From Octopus bimaculoides (lineage: Eukaryota): a DNA stretch of 64,000 nt. The position numbers and the translations under genes were made by a program. Numbering within the stretch: position 1 is the stretch's first letter; each line of letters starts with the position of its first letter. Under the pieces are notes generated by a model that saw nothing but the letters and a program-made list of their open reading frames with translations, was not told the DNA's origin and made no database searches. Below, in pieces: positions 63,366 through 64,000 of the stretch. The stretch lies in assembly GCF_001194135.2 (NCBI RefSeq), contig NC_068984.1, forward strand, positions 105,998,692 through 106,062,691. The letters run 5' to 3'.

Positions 63366-63537
63366 CACTTGATTTTACTTCTGATACCGTAGAATTTGCC
63401 AAATAGGCATGACCTAACATCCAAGCAGAACAACATTGTATTCCAACTTCTTCCTGACTTTTCAAAACAGTTTTCACCAATTGAATTATGGTTGCTGGAT
63501 TAACAACATTGCTACACAATGAAGGAATGGTTTGTAC
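63366..63537 (-). CDS. FOCAD: Focadhesin exon (first in window), VQTIPSLCSNVVNPATIIQLVKTVLKSQEEVGIQCCSAWMLGHAYLANSTVSEVKSS
   Basis: Poly-T + CAG acceptor at 63538-63540 and GTAAC donor; 172 nt, phase 0 to 1. The AWMLGH motif resembles the recalled vertebrate FOCAD segment AAWLLGHLHLS. Confidence 0.88.
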
Positions 63538-64000
63538 CTGTGATAAAAAAAAAAAAAAAAAAAAAAATAGCAATTACACATTTAATGAAGAATACATAGA
63601 ACACACAATAAAATTAATTTCATATTTTTCAATAGTTTGTCTTTCATGCAATGTCCTAATGAAGAAGAACTGAAGCTTTCTTAGAAAATATTTTGATGCC
63701 ATTTTCATAAATTCGATTAAAGCATTTCTATTTCCAAAAGATAAAAGTGACAAGTCATTGGGTTGATAATGTACTGCCTAGCAGGTGGGTCATGGTTCAT
63801 GTCCAATCCATACTAGCATGATATACCATGCAATGGACTCTTTACTTCTTTATGGAGTCATAGGGGTGCTGTGAAGACGTACAGTGTGCCTGGGACATTT
63901 TACACCTGAAGGAGCCCATCCCTCTCCAGGTCTAACAACTGATTTTTTTCCCAGAAAGAGAGCAAAAGACCAAAAGACAAACACAAATTGAGAAAAAGAG

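Overview
AT-rich, microsatellite- and transposon-dense eukaryotic scaffold with 14 N-gaps. The SINE/RTE repeat complement looks like an octopus (coleoid cephalopod) genome; this is inferred from recalled repeat families, not from a search. The one supported host gene is the 3' end of a focadhesin (FOCAD/KIAA1797) orthologue on the minus strand. Nine coding exons were reconstructed by hand (63537 down to the stop at 23077) with consistent phases, one GC-AG intron, and one conserved exon apparently missing, possibly hidden in the 57804-58183 gap. The rest is mostly mobile DNA: RTE, CR1/L2 and R4/Dong-like LINE fragments, Penelope-like elements, several SINE families, mariner, hAT and piggyBac-type MITEs, a Gypsy 3' end with LTR, an internally deleted THAP + SAP/SWIM (ISL2EU/PHIS-type) DNA transposon, and a ~700-bp foldback palindrome. 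CpG is common in the first ~16 kb and visibly scarce afterwards. No prokaryotic-type system, CRISPR array or bona fide tRNA/rRNA gene is supported. I found no demonstrably new system; the best leads are listed as findings.
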